A stretch of 32,000 bases of DNA, from contig NC_009776.1 of the NCBI RefSeq assembly GCF_000017945.1, forward strand, positions 690,001-722,000, in the 5' to 3' direction. The translations under genes were made by a program, and so were the position numbers. The DNA comes from Ignicoccus hospitalis KIN4/I (lineage in GTDB: Archaea; Thermoproteota; Thermoprotei_A; Sulfolobales; Ignicoccaceae). Shown here piece by piece: positions 1 to 8,506 of the stretch. The notes under the pieces were generated by a model. The model saw nothing but the letters and a program-made list of their open reading frames with translations, was not told the origin of the DNA and ran no database searches. The first letter of the stretch is position 1. Each line of letters starts with the position of its first letter.

Positions 1-1
1 G

Positions 2-565
2 AGGACTGCGGAAAACCTCAGCATTCCCCTGACCGTCGGCGGAGGGGTCCGGAGCTTGGAGCATATAGAAAAACTGCTCAAGGCCGGCGCGGACAAAGTA
101 AGCATAAACACCGCCGCCGTGAAGAACCCCTTGCTAATAACTGCGGCCGCGGAGGAGTTCGGCTCCCAAGCAGTGGTCGTCGCGATAGACGCTAAAAGAA
201 AGGGAAACGGGTGGGAGGTTTACGTCAGCGCGGGCAAGGTGCCTACGGGGCTGGACGCAGTCGAGTGGGCGAAGAAGGCGGAGGAGTTAGGGGCCGGTGA
301 GATACTCCTTACCTCAATAGACTACGACGGGACCCAGAACGGGTACGACTTAGAACTGACGAGGGCGGTAAGCGAGGCAGTCAAGATACCGGTAATAGCT
401 TCTGGAGGCGCCGGCGAGCTCGAACACTTCTACGCAGTTCTAACTGAAGGGAAGGCTGACGCGGCACTGGCGGCGAGCGTTTTCCACTACGGTAAGTTCA
501 CCGTCGGAGATGTCAAAAAATACCTAATTCAGCGCGGAGTGCCGGTAAGGCCTTGTTGTTGGTAG
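2..565 (+). CDS. hisF: Imidazole glycerol phosphate synthase cyclase subunit HisF (5' end lies upstream of the window)
   Basis: The frame is open from the window edge. The translation ...[107 protein letters not shown] matches HisF barrel and phosphate-binding motifs. Stop codon at 563-565. Confidence 0.9.
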   Translation, partial: RTAENLSIPLTVGGGVRSLEHIEKLLKAGADKVSINTAAVKNPLLITAAAEEFGSQAVVVAIDAKRKGNGWEVYVSAGKVPTGLDAVEWAKKAEELGAGEILLTSIDYDGTQNGYDLELTRAVSEAVKIPVIASGGAGELEHFYAVLTEGKADAALAASVFHYGKFTVGDVKKYLIQRGVPVRPCCW

Positions 566-912
566 GCTGCGTAGAGCTCCTTCATAGTCTTAGTTACTAG
601 GAAGTACTCAAACGCGTACGACGCGCTGATAGGGAGGGACATCAGCATTTTGTGAACGAAGCCAACGAAGGCTAAAACTAGCAGAAGGAAGAGCGAACCT
701 ATCGCGGGCCCCGCCTCATCAACTACAAAAGAAGCGACGACGCCTACTACGGTATAGTAAAGGCTCCACGAAATGAGGGTAGCTACGAGCAGCATGGGAT
801 TATAGACAATACCGAAGTAGACGCCCATGCCTAGCGCTAGGGGGAGAGAAAGTGAAAACGATATGATTAACCTGCCTCCGGCCCCCCACGGGACGCGGAC
901 CTTTGACGCCAA
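529..912 (-). CDS. Small integral membrane protein, hypothetical
   Basis: 127-aa ORF with 3-4 hydrophobic helices. The annotated start overlaps the divergent gene at 903, so the internal ATG at 826-828 (MGVYFGIVY...) may be the real start. No recognisable motif. Confidence 0.4.
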   Translation of the reverse strand: MASKVRVPWGAGGRLIISFSLSLPLALGMGVYFGIVYNPMLLVATLISWSLYYTVVGVVASFVVDEAGPAIGSLFLLLVLAFVGFVHKMLMSLPISASYAFEYFLVTKTMKELYAAYQQQGLTGTPR

Positions 913-1907
913 CGCTGTTCGCCGGCACGTCCTTCTTGGTGGCGCTTATAACGTCATACTTCGTAACGTTGAAGTGGATAGACGCCGCCAAGAGGAGGGA
1001 CTTGGTAGGCCGCGACGTCAACAAGCCTTACACCGTCTACGTCCCGGAGGCCGGCGGAGTGGGCTTCGTAATGGGGTTCTCCATGGGCGCGCTGGCGTCG
1101 GTCGCTCTAGGGACGTTCTTAGTCGATAGGAGCTCTTGGTGCCTATACGTCTTAGCGGCGCTCAACACGGTTCTGATGGCAGCGTTCATAGGTTTTATTG
1201 ACGATGTCTTGGGGTGGAAGAAGGGATTAAGTCATAGGGCTAAGGTCCTCTCAACCCTTCCCATAGCTATACCTTTAATGGCAATAAAGGCGGGCGTCAG
1301 CGTTATGTGTTTGCCCTTGATAGGTTGTTTGAACTTAGGGATCTTGTACCCCCTCTTGATCGTCCCCGTCGGCGTGGTGGGCGCCACTAACGCGTTTAAC
1401 ATGATAGCAGGGCTCAACGGGTTGGAAGCTGGAATGGCCTTAATAATACTCTCAACTTTGGGTGTTTTAGCCTATACCCACGGAAACCTCGCAGCTTTAA
1501 TTATATCCATATCAGCAGTAGGAGCTGCCTTGGGCTTTTTGAAGCTAAATTGGTACCCGGCGAGGGTGTTCCCGGGCGACGTCTTAACGTATTCAGTGGG
1601 CTCCGTCATAGCTACCGTAGCCGTAGTAGGGAACATGGAGGGCCCGGCGCTAATACTCTTCTTACCCTACTTCTTGGAGCTTGCGCTATACTTATACGGA
1701 AAGAAGAATGGAGTAGAGAAGGAGAGTTGGGGAAGGCCAGTGGGCGAATGCCTAGAGGTTCCGTACGACAAGCCCTACAGCGTGACGCACCTCGCTATGA
1801 AGGCTCTAAAAGCCTTGAAGGGGTGCGCGAAGGAAAAGGAGGTCGTTGAGCTCATACTTCTCGTCGAAGCAGCGCTAGCCGTTATAGTGTTGTACCTATA
1901 CAGTTAA
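903..1907 (+). CDS. aglH: Dolichyl-phosphate GlcNAc-1-phosphate transferase-like protein (GT4, MraY/WecA/AglH family)
   Basis: Polytopic membrane protein. It carries the family motifs GRDVNKP...VPEAGGVG, FIGFIDDVLG and NAFNMIAGLNGLEAG. Confidence 0.75.
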   Translation: MTPTLFAGTSFLVALITSYFVTLKWIDAAKRRDLVGRDVNKPYTVYVPEAGGVGFVMGFSMGALASVALGTFLVDRSSWCLYVLAALNTVLMAAFIGFIDDVLGWKKGLSHRAKVLSTLPIAIPLMAIKAGVSVMCLPLIGCLNLGILYPLLIVPVGVVGATNAFNMIAGLNGLEAGMALIILSTLGVLAYTHGNLAALIISISAVGAALGFLKLNWYPARVFPGDVLTYSVGSVIATVAVVGNMEGPALILFLPYFLELALYLYGKKNGVEKESWGRPVGECLEVPYDKPYSVTHLAMKALKALKGCAKEKEVVELILLVEAALAVIVLYLYS

Positions 1908-1920
1908 CCCCGGGTCGCCC

Positions 1921-2316
1921 TTGGATGAGGAGAAGCTAAACGAAATCAGAAAGAAAATGTTAATAAATGCGCTGAAGAAGTCGTTCGAGTATTTCCCAAT
2001 AAGATACGCAATGCTTTGCTACGACACCATATTGAAGACGTTTAACATAGTCGTTAAGTTCGATGATAAGCCCTCTCTTCACGCGGCCGACTTGCACGAC
2101 TACATATACACGAGGTACGGCCTCGACCCGCGCTTCTACGTAGTTAACACGCTCAACCCGATGACGAGGGAGAGGATGTTGAAAGAGTGCGAGTTCGTAG
2201 AGGGCGACCGAGAGGAGTACCTAAGGGACTTGGAGGAGGCGGAGAGGGAGGCGAGGGAATTCGAACGGAACCTAAAGGACGTGGCTAAACTTTATGGAGT
2301 CCGAGGGAGCGAATGA
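1921..2316 (+). CDS. Hypothetical protein
   Basis: 131-aa ORF with a TTG start. Composition is coding-like, with an acidic coiled C-terminus. No motif recognised. The 3' end overlaps the convergent gene by 32 nt. Confidence 0.45.
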   Translation: MDEEKLNEIRKKMLINALKKSFEYFPIRYAMLCYDTILKTFNIVVKFDDKPSLHAADLHDYIYTRYGLDPRFYVVNTLNPMTRERMLKECEFVEGDREEYLRDLEEAEREAREFERNLKDVAKLYGVRGSE

Positions 2317-3385
2317 GCTGGGACAAGACTCGCTTTATCCTCCCGTCTACTACGACTCTATGGTTACCTATGAGGCTAGGCTCGCCCTCCAGCTCAGCCC
2401 ATATCTGTGTCCTACACGCGTCCAGCTCCTCGCCCTCTACGGTAAGACCCTCTAGCAGCTCGTGGCCGAGCTTGCTCAGCCGTATCGAAGTAATCTCCTT
2501 GCCCTTGCTAACGTACCCTCTGATCGCGAGAGGGAGGCCCGTCTCGTAGTGATACGTGAGGTCGTACCGATCTAACAAAGTCAAGGGCGCGGTACAGTGG
2601 GCGAAGGCGACCAACTTCGCGTCTAAGTAATCTAAGTTGAAGATGCCCCCCACCCTCCCTCTGGCGGCGTAACTCAAAACTTGTGCAAGCAAGGAGTTAG
2701 TGTCGCCCTCACACGCCGTGGGCACGTTGGCGGAGTTTAACAAGGCCACGCTTAAGCAAGGCGTTACGGCAACGTCCTTCATCAATTCGAAACAACTTAT
2801 CGAGAGCGCCTTGTACCCCTTTAAGGTCTCGCTTAGGGCCACGTGCAGCTTAGCGGCCTTGACTAGGTCCTCGCGGCTCACTTCAACCTTAGTGGCGCCC
2901 ACTCCGATCGACTCGACTAAGTCCTTCACTTCGTCATCTTTCACCTCTTCGAACTTTTCGACTATTAACGACTTTTTGATGGATTCAATCTTAGCATCGA
3001 AGATATTCCTCAGATCTTCCTCCGTGTACCCGGGCGCGACCAACCAAGGGGCCTTCTGGCCCACCAAGGCTATCCGGGCGCCGAAGAACTTGTCCAGCCT
3101 GGTGAGGACCTTGAACGCTTCTTCCCTCTCCTCAGCTGACTTCACGAAGAATACTCCGGCCTTGGGTAGCGCGGCCGCCGCCTCTAGCGCTGCAGCCAAG
3201 GCGTTCCTCGAAGGTCCGGCAACCAACGCGAAGGCCTTTGGCTTGCACGCGTCGTAAGCCTCGAGCGCGTACCTTTCGGAGCCGCCGGTGAGCACCTCCA
3301 CTACTGTTAGCCCGCCATCGCCACGGCACTCCTCGCTCAAGCCTTGGTAACTCGCGCGCAGTACGTTCAAGACTCGCCCCCTCAA
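2285..3385 (-). CDS. FucI/AraA-like sugar isomerase family protein (putative)
   Basis: 366-aa ORF. ALVGQKAPWLVAP, SCFELMKD..TPCLSVALLNS and VPTACEGDTNSLLAQVL resemble the ACEGD core of L-fucose/arabinose isomerase-like proteins. The family call is from memory only. TTG start. Confidence 0.5.
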   Translation of the reverse strand: MRGRVLNVLRASYQGLSEECRGDGGLTVVEVLTGGSERYALEAYDACKPKAFALVAGPSRNALAAALEAAAALPKAGVFFVKSAEEREEAFKVLTRLDKFFGARIALVGQKAPWLVAPGYTEEDLRNIFDAKIESIKKSLIVEKFEEVKDDEVKDLVESIGVGATKVEVSREDLVKAAKLHVALSETLKGYKALSISCFELMKDVAVTPCLSVALLNSANVPTACEGDTNSLLAQVLSYAARGRVGGIFNLDYLDAKLVAFAHCTAPLTLLDRYDLTYHYETGLPLAIRGYVSKGKEITSIRLSKLGHELLEGLTVEGEELDACRTQIWAELEGEPSLIGNHRVVVDGRIKRVLSQLIRSLGLHKV

Positions 3386-3388
3386 AGG

Positions 3389-3397
3389 GTTTTAACC
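3389..3397 (+). promoter_or_regulatory. TATA-like box upstream of rpl21e
   Basis: gttttaacc lies about 35 nt upstream of the TTG start at 3429, in the 43-nt divergent spacer between the isomerase-like gene and rpl21e. Confidence 0.35.
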
Positions 3398-3428
3398 TTC
3401 CTCATTAATCCTGCCGGGTGATGAGGAC

Positions 3429-3728
3429 TTGGTAAAGGCCCCGAAGGGGTGGAGGCACAGAACTAGGCACATTTATAGAAAAAGGGTGAGGGAGAAGGGC
3501 GCTGTTCCCCCGCTGAGCTTGGTGCTGATCGACTACAAGCCGGGCGACAAGGTGATAATAGACCCGAACCCGGCAATATGGTCGGGCTTGCCCCACAGGA
3601 GGTTCTGCGGGAAGGTGGGCGAAGTGGTGGGCAAGCGAGGAAAGGCGTACCTAGTGAAGGTCAGGGACGGCGACGTATACAAGACCATAATAGTTCGTCC
3701 AGAACACCTAAGGCCTTTCAAGCAGTAA
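3429..3728 (+). CDS. rpl21e: 50S ribosomal protein L21e
   Basis: MVKAPKGWRHRTRHIYRKRVREKG...KPGDKVIIDPNPA...HRRFCGKVGEVVGKRGKAYLVKV is the canonical L21e sequence. TTG start. Confidence 0.95.
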   Translation: MVKAPKGWRHRTRHIYRKRVREKGAVPPLSLVLIDYKPGDKVIIDPNPAIWSGLPHRRFCGKVGEVVGKRGKAYLVKVRDGDVYKTIIVRPEHLRPFKQ

Positions 3729-3764
3729 AAGGGTAGCTCTCCCCTCCTCCGTGGTAGGTAAGGG

Positions 3765-4217
3765 TTGACCCTTACGTGCATTAGCGTTGAAGAGAAGTTC
3801 CCCGCCGCCCACTATACCAACCCCCGTCTGAGCCCCGCGGGCACCCTTCACGGCCACAACTGGCGAGTGAAGGTCACCGTCTGTAAGGAGGGGGTCAGCG
3901 CTTGGGTCGTGGACGCGGTCAAGTTGCGCGAGGCCCTCAATGATATAATAGATCCTTTGCGCTTTAGCTTGCTGGTACCCGAGACTGACGCCAAGCTGTG
4001 GCTGGGGCCGAAGGGCCTAAAGGAGCTCTTGGAAGAGGCATTGGGAATAAGAGTTAGGGTGGCCGTTCTACCATATCCGATAGTGTCAGGAGAGATAGTA
4101 GCGCATTACGTATGTTCCCGCATCAAGGACGAGATCGACGCGGACTGTTGTAAGGTCGAGGTGGAGGAGTCGCCCGGAGAGGTGGCGACGTACGACGAGT
4201 GTGCCTTCACCTCGTAA
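3765..4217 (+). CDS. 6-pyruvoyl-tetrahydropterin synthase / QueD-like (COG0720 family) protein
   Basis: FPAAHYTNP...GTLHGHNWRVKV matches the AAH / HGH zinc-ligand pattern. The position of the catalytic Cys (E. coli HKCGRLHGH) reads SPAGTLHGH, and the DHH motif is not seen. Confidence 0.7.
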   Translation: MTLTCISVEEKFPAAHYTNPRLSPAGTLHGHNWRVKVTVCKEGVSAWVVDAVKLREALNDIIDPLRFSLLVPETDAKLWLGPKGLKELLEEALGIRVRVAVLPYPIVSGEIVAHYVCSRIKDEIDADCCKVEVEESPGEVATYDECAFTS

Positions 4218-4578
4218 ACCTATATATCGCTTTCTGAGGGGCTCCCGAGGGAAAGGGGCTTTGATCCTGCCACCCATAGATGAGGTAGTCAAAGTCTATT
4301 CGAAGTTTATAGACAAGGAGGACGTAGATTCTGCGAACAGGTTCTTGGCGTCAGTTGCGGCCATGGCGGCCTACTACGCGGCGGCCGAGGGAAAGGGGGA
4401 AGAAGTGAGGAAGTACATAGAAGAGTTAAGGGAAAAAATAGTTGAGGGGCCGGAGATGCTCAACCCCTACGTCTTCGGACTCTTAGGGGACCTCATAGAA
4501 GACCCGAGCGACTTGGAGGCGGTGAAGGAGAGGCTGAGGCTGATATGGGGCATGGACCAGCTCGGGTTAGAGGATTAA
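4201..4578 (+). CDS. Hypothetical protein
   Basis: 125-aa helical, acidic ORF that overlaps both neighbours. The start is uncertain: GTG at 4201 or TTG at 4261. Confidence 0.4.
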   Translation: MPSPRKPIYRFLRGSRGKGALILPPIDEVVKVYSKFIDKEDVDSANRFLASVAAMAAYYAAAEGKGEEVRKYIEELREKIVEGPEMLNPYVFGLLGDLIEDPSDLEAVKERLRLIWGMDQLGLED

Positions 4579-5114
4579 AGTGTCACTGCGGACGTCCGGC
4601 GATAATAAGGCACCCCTCCTCGGGGACGGCGTTATGTCCTAAGCACTTCCTCCGGTTAGTGGAGCGCAAGTTGTGGAACTCCTTTAAGGAATTGAAGTTG
4701 CGTTCGGACATAAGGGAGTACACTATAGATACCTCGTTGGGAGCGGTAGAGGCCCGCATGCTGGCTGAAGCTTTAAGGAGGCGTGGAATAAAGGTTGAAC
4801 TCGTGGAGGGCGGCGAGATAAGGGCTTTCTCCATAGACAAGGTGTTATACTTCCTTTTGAAAGCTTTCTACGAGAACGACGAAGAGGCCTTAGCTATGGC
4901 CGACCCCTACCGTTCCAAAAACCCCGCGTACGTATTGCTCCCATACGAGGTGGCCGTGTACGCTAAGCTCCGGGGCCTCGAGCCCCCTCCGGAGCCCTTC
5001 GAGGGGGCGCTCTGGAGGGTGGCTCTGGAGGTCTCCCTTCGGCAGCCCAGCGAGGCCTACTCAGCTTTGAAGGTAATACCTAAATTAAGGGAACTCTTCC
5101 CAATATCTCGTTAG
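4545..5114 (+). CDS. Zn-ribbon protein resembling a truncated TtuA/Ncs6 (PP-loop ATPase) without the PP-loop
   Basis: KCHCGRPAIIRHPSSGTALCPKHF followed by FLRLVERKLWNSF matches the N-terminal zinc finger and first helix of TtuA/NcsA. Where SGGKDS is expected, the sequence reads IDTSLGAVE. Length is 189 aa, versus about 300 aa typical for the family. Confidence 0.6.
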   Translation: MGHGPARVRGLKCHCGRPAIIRHPSSGTALCPKHFLRLVERKLWNSFKELKLRSDIREYTIDTSLGAVEARMLAEALRRRGIKVELVEGGEIRAFSIDKVLYFLLKAFYENDEEALAMADPYRSKNPAYVLLPYEVAVYAKLRGLEPPPEPFEGALWRVALEVSLRQPSEAYSALKVIPKLRELFPISR

Positions 5115-5642
5115 GTTACGCCTCTTTAGGTACCTCATCGAGGTCTCCAAGTTCCGGTAGACGGTCGAGTGCATCTTCCCCTCTATTAACTCCTCTATAG
5201 CCCTCTTCGCGGCCTCCACGTTTTCGTACTCTCCTATTATCGCTATTATGCCGTCAGATATACTCAACTTGACTTTAGCTATTTCCTCTATATTCCTCTT
5301 GGCCTTGCCGTGCTTCCCTATAACCCTCCCCAAGATCCTCCTCAGTTCCTTGTCGTCCTTACGACTGAACAAAACGTCACGGAGGTCGATTATTTCCATT
5401 ACATATTCGTCCCTCAAGAGTAGCGAGGCGGTCTCAATGTCGAAGCCCAAAGCTATTGCTTGCAACAAGTTCTTGGCGTTTAAGAGGTCTAAAGAGGTGC
5501 TCTCGTCCGTAGGCTCTATTATAACCCTCCCCCCTTCTATTCTTATATTGGTCTTGGTTAGCCTCATGGCTTCTTCGAGGAGGTCCTTTCTCTTCATCAG
5601 CTTTCTCAAGGTTTCGGGCGGAAGGCCTAAGTAAAACCTCAT
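5085..5642 (-). CDS. KH-domain RNA-binding protein, Dim2/Pno1-like
   Basis: QAIALGFDIETASLLL..., RILGRVIGKHGKAKRNIEEI (GxxG KH loop) and AIEELIEGKMHSTVYRNLE fit archaeal Dim2p. The ORF extends to 5699, but the ATG at 5640-5642 (MRFYLGLPPETL...) fits the family N-terminus. Confidence 0.8.
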   Translation of the reverse strand: MRFYLGLPPETLRKLMKRKDLLEEAMRLTKTNIRIEGGRVIIEPTDESTSLDLLNAKNLLQAIALGFDIETASLLLRDEYVMEIIDLRDVLFSRKDDKELRRILGRVIGKHGKAKRNIEEIAKVKLSISDGIIAIIGEYENVEAAKRAIEELIEGKMHSTVYRNLETSMRYLKRRNLTRYWEEFP

Positions 5643-5675
5643 CGGGGACGCGCTCAAACTTGCTGCCCCACGGGT

Positions 5676-6584
5676 ATGACCTATCGGTGGTTTATTCATA
5701 TGTGGCCCTTAGAGGACAAGAGGCTTCTCGTGCTGAAGGACTCAATAGCGGTAGTCGTGGGTTACGAGCACCCTCCGGGCTGTTACGTGGCCTATCGCAA
5801 ATACGCCGTGGGCGCTGGGCCTTGGAGGGGCTTCCGGCGCTTAGTCAAGGAGTACTCGCCCGTGAGCGTGCTTAAGGGGCGCAGGGTATACGACCCCAAC
5901 TTCGGCAGCGAAGTCCCGTTGGTTTGCGCGGACGAAGTCGTGGAGGCGCCGGACCCCCTGAAGCGCTTCGAGGAAGTCTTGTCGGCCCCTAAGGACGAGT
6001 TGGAGTACAAGGTCTTGAAGTTTAGCAAGTTCTTGTCCGGGAGGGTCGGTTTGGGCGGCTCCTTGTTGCTTAAGATTCATCACGACCTCTCGGACGTAGA
6101 TCTATTGATCTACAGCGATCCCGTAGCTGCTTGGGAGAACCTCAAGAACAACGAGACACTCGAGCCCGAGACCTCTTGGGTGGTCAACGTCTCCAGAAGG
6201 CTTGGAATGCCCATCTCGACGGCAAAGAGGTTGTATTCAAAGGCCCTCAGAGCGAGGTTCGACGGAACGCCGATTTCCTTCTCGTACGTTAAAAGGAGCT
6301 TCGAGAGGTACGGCGCCAGCGCGGCGACCTTCGTGGGCTCCTTTGTGGGTGAACTGTTCTTAGACCCCTTGGACGAACGCGCGTTCTATTACCCTCATCG
6401 GAGGCGCGCGGGGGAAGTGGTGGTCGAGAGCTATGAGAGTGCGTTCTTGAAGGTACTCGTGGAATGTGAAAGGGTCAAGGTTAAGGGTGCTCTGTACGTT
6501 AAGCCTGACGGCACAAAAATCGTTAGAGTGGGCATTAAGGAGGTCGGGGGCTACGTGCTTCCAGCGCGACCTTGCCGTCTATAA
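5676..6584 (+). CDS. Predicted nucleotidyltransferase (Pol-beta fold), archaeal type
   Basis: GGSLLLKIHHDLSDVDLLIY fits the G[GS]...DxD minimal nucleotidyltransferase signature. 302 aa. An alternative ATG lies at 5700. Confidence 0.6.
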   Translation: MTYRWFIHMWPLEDKRLLVLKDSIAVVVGYEHPPGCYVAYRKYAVGAGPWRGFRRLVKEYSPVSVLKGRRVYDPNFGSEVPLVCADEVVEAPDPLKRFEEVLSAPKDELEYKVLKFSKFLSGRVGLGGSLLLKIHHDLSDVDLLIYSDPVAAWENLKNNETLEPETSWVVNVSRRLGMPISTAKRLYSKALRARFDGTPISFSYVKRSFERYGASAATFVGSFVGELFLDPLDERAFYYPHRRRAGEVVVESYESAFLKVLVECERVKVKGALYVKPDGTKIVRVGIKEVGGYVLPARPCRL

Positions 6585-7143
6585 CAACTTTCACAGCCCT
6601 CGCCTTGCCCCAAGCGACCACCACGTCAGTCAACTTCGAGGGAGGGCATATGTCCAACCACGCCTTTATCTTCTTTATGTGGACGGTTACTAACAACGTG
6701 CTGTTCTCGTTAGCGACGTCTATCTGTACTCGTTTACAAATGGTGTTTTCTAAGGGATATATTACGACGGTCCCGTTGCCCTTAACTACCGAGTCTAGCA
6801 GTTGAGAGAACAAGTATCGACCCTCGCACGTGAAGTTAGACATAATCGTCGCGTTCCATATCACTTTAGGCTTCGCGGGCTGCAAAAGAGGCAAGGTCTC
6901 GATAACGCAGCCGGCGGGGGCGTCGGTAGGAACGTAGACCTTCAAGTAGGGGGTATCGCAAACAACCTTCACGTTCTCTCTGATGAGCGTGGCGTTGGGC
7001 GGGCGGGGGAGCAGCACCAAGCCCTCGTCCGTTATGGCTACCCAACCCCTCTCCGCCGGCGCGACCGCTCTCACTTCGGCGTTCAGCTCTACTGCGGCGA
7101 ACGCCAGCGCCAGGGAGAGCAAAGTAATAATTGCGGACTTCAT
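6535..7143 (-). CDS. Secreted hypothetical protein
   Basis: ATG start, Sec-type signal peptide MKSAIITLLSLALAFAAVELNA, several Cys and N-x-S/T sequons. No family recognised. Confidence 0.6.
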   Translation of the reverse strand: MKSAIITLLSLALAFAAVELNAEVRAVAPAERGWVAITDEGLVLLPRPPNATLIRENVKVVCDTPYLKVYVPTDAPAGCVIETLPLLQPAKPKVIWNATIMSNFTCEGRYLFSQLLDSVVKGNGTVVIYPLENTICKRVQIDVANENSTLLVTVHIKKIKAWLDICPPSKLTDVVVAWGKARAVKVVIDGKVALEARSPRPP

Positions 7144-7166
7144 CCCACCTTTCCGGCAGAGCGGCC

Positions 7167-7688
7167 GTGAGGAACGTAATAGCTCTGTTATTTGGATTGG
7201 GGCTGCTGTTAGCTGCGGGCTGCGACGACGGGAGCCCTCCTTCCCCCCAAGAGATAGTTCTAGATCATAACTTGCTCGTAGTTAAGGGCCTTACGGACCC
7301 TTGTAACGTGTCCAGAGTGGAGATAATAATTGTGAAGGATGGAACCACCACTACCTTATTGGAGACAGAACCCCTCAAGACTTCAGTCGACCTTCGAGCG
7401 ACCTTACCTCGGCCCCCCTTTACCCTCACTCTGGCCTACTCCGACGGCGCGGGCAACAACGGCACTTTGACTTGGACGGTCAGCTACTTGCCCTATACAC
7501 CCCACACATTGGAGAAGATGGTTATCACGGGAACTAAGGCGTTAGTTTTGGTGAACCCTCCTCCCGCTAGGCCCGCCTTGCCGGAGGAGTACGGCGACCC
7601 CAACTTCCAAAACGGCGCTTGGCTGTTGGTCGCCGGGGCGGCCTTTTTAGTCGGGCTCATACGGGCCTCGACTTCGAGAAGCTCATAA
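7167..7688 (+). CDS. Exported protein with a lipobox-like signal and a C-terminal hydrophobic anchor
   Basis: GTG at 7167 gives MRNVIALLFGLGLLLAAGC(19)DDGSPP. The C-terminus is GAWLLVAGAAFLVGLIRASTSRSS. The tracked ORF begins at TTG 7131. Confidence 0.6.
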   Translation: MRNVIALLFGLGLLLAAGCDDGSPPSPQEIVLDHNLLVVKGLTDPCNVSRVEIIIVKDGTTTTLLETEPLKTSVDLRATLPRPPFTLTLAYSDGAGNNGTLTWTVSYLPYTPHTLEKMVITGTKALVLVNPPPARPALPEEYGDPNFQNGAWLLVAGAAFLVGLIRASTSRSS

Positions 7689-7723
7689 CTCTGTAGAGGG
7701 TTGCGTTAACGTAGGGCATAGAG

Positions 7724-8506
7724 TTGTCAGTGGCGCTCGTGGGCTCGAAGCGACTAAACAAGCATCTGATAAAACTGTTAAAAGATGACCAAGACGTTCA
7801 GAAGCTTTACCTATGCTGTATGAACTACAAGGACGTGGGTTCGTTGGTCGACGAAAAGACGGTAATAGTTGACGAGGACAAAGTATTCAAGCTAAAACCG
7901 AACGTAGTGGTTGAAGATATAGGGGCTAAGAGGGCTTTAGACATAATAAGGAAGTCCTTGGAGAGCTGCGCCCACGTAGTGGTGGTTAGCGCCGCAGTGT
8001 TCTCCGAGAAGAAGGTAGTGGAGGAGGTGGAGGCGTTGAGCGGGGAGTGCAAGAGATACGCCGTCGTGCCCTTCGGAGCGCTGCCCGCCATGGACGCGCT
8101 GGAAGCCCTCTCCCTAGACTCGCTAAAGGACGTGTCCATATGGATTAGGAGGAGCCCCGAACAGCTGAGCAACATCTTGCGGGAAGCCGGCTTGGAGCCC
8201 GAGGGGCTGAACTTACCCGTCACGGTCTACGAAGGCTCGGCGCTCGAGGAACTGATTAAGGTAAAGGAAGACATAAACACCTTAATGGCTGCAGTCTTGG
8301 CCGGGAGGCTCGACCCTACTACCAAAATAATTGCAGACAACATGGTGTCCGGCTCGGAATACAAGATCAAGATGACTTCAGAAGTAGCCGAAATAGAGGT
8401 CAAGGCTAAGTACAAAGTCCTAGATAAGATAAGCGAAATAATGATTTATTCCGTCTATAGGGCCGTCAAGAGGTTGCTGAAGGGTTGGGGAGTGGTGGTC
8501 CTCTGA
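7724..8506 (+). CDS. Aspartate dehydrogenase (NadX/DUF108)-like protein with degenerate motifs
   Basis: Collinear with my recollection of T. maritima NadX: VVEDIGAKRAL, VVVSAAVF, VVPFGALPAMDAL, VYEGSALE..INTLMAAVL. The GxGxxG position reads LVGSKRLN, and the catalytic-His region (DHNIH) reads SGSEY. Confidence 0.6.
   Translation: MSVALVGSKRLNKHLIKLLKDDQDVQKLYLCCMNYKDVGSLVDEKTVIVDEDKVFKLKPNVVVEDIGAKRALDIIRKSLESCAHVVVVSAAVFSEKKVVEEVEALSGECKRYAVVPFGALPAMDALEALSLDSLKDVSIWIRRSPEQLSNILREAGLEPEGLNLPVTVYEGSALEELIKVKEDINTLMAAVLAGRLDPTTKIIADNMVSGSEYKIKMTSEVAEIEVKAKYKVLDKISEIMIYSVYRAVKRLLKGWGVVVL

Noticed and set aside
800-1129. ORFs 800-1024 (minus strand) and 827-1129 (plus strand)
   Set aside because: They overlap the GT4 transferase and the small membrane protein. 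Their Arg/Gly-rich translations are not protein-like.
2313-3257. Plus-strand ORFs (2313-2549, 2700-3257) inside the isomerase-like gene
   Set aside because: They are Ser/Ala/Thr-rich shadow ORFs antisense to a well-supported minus-strand gene in high-GC DNA. They have no motifs.
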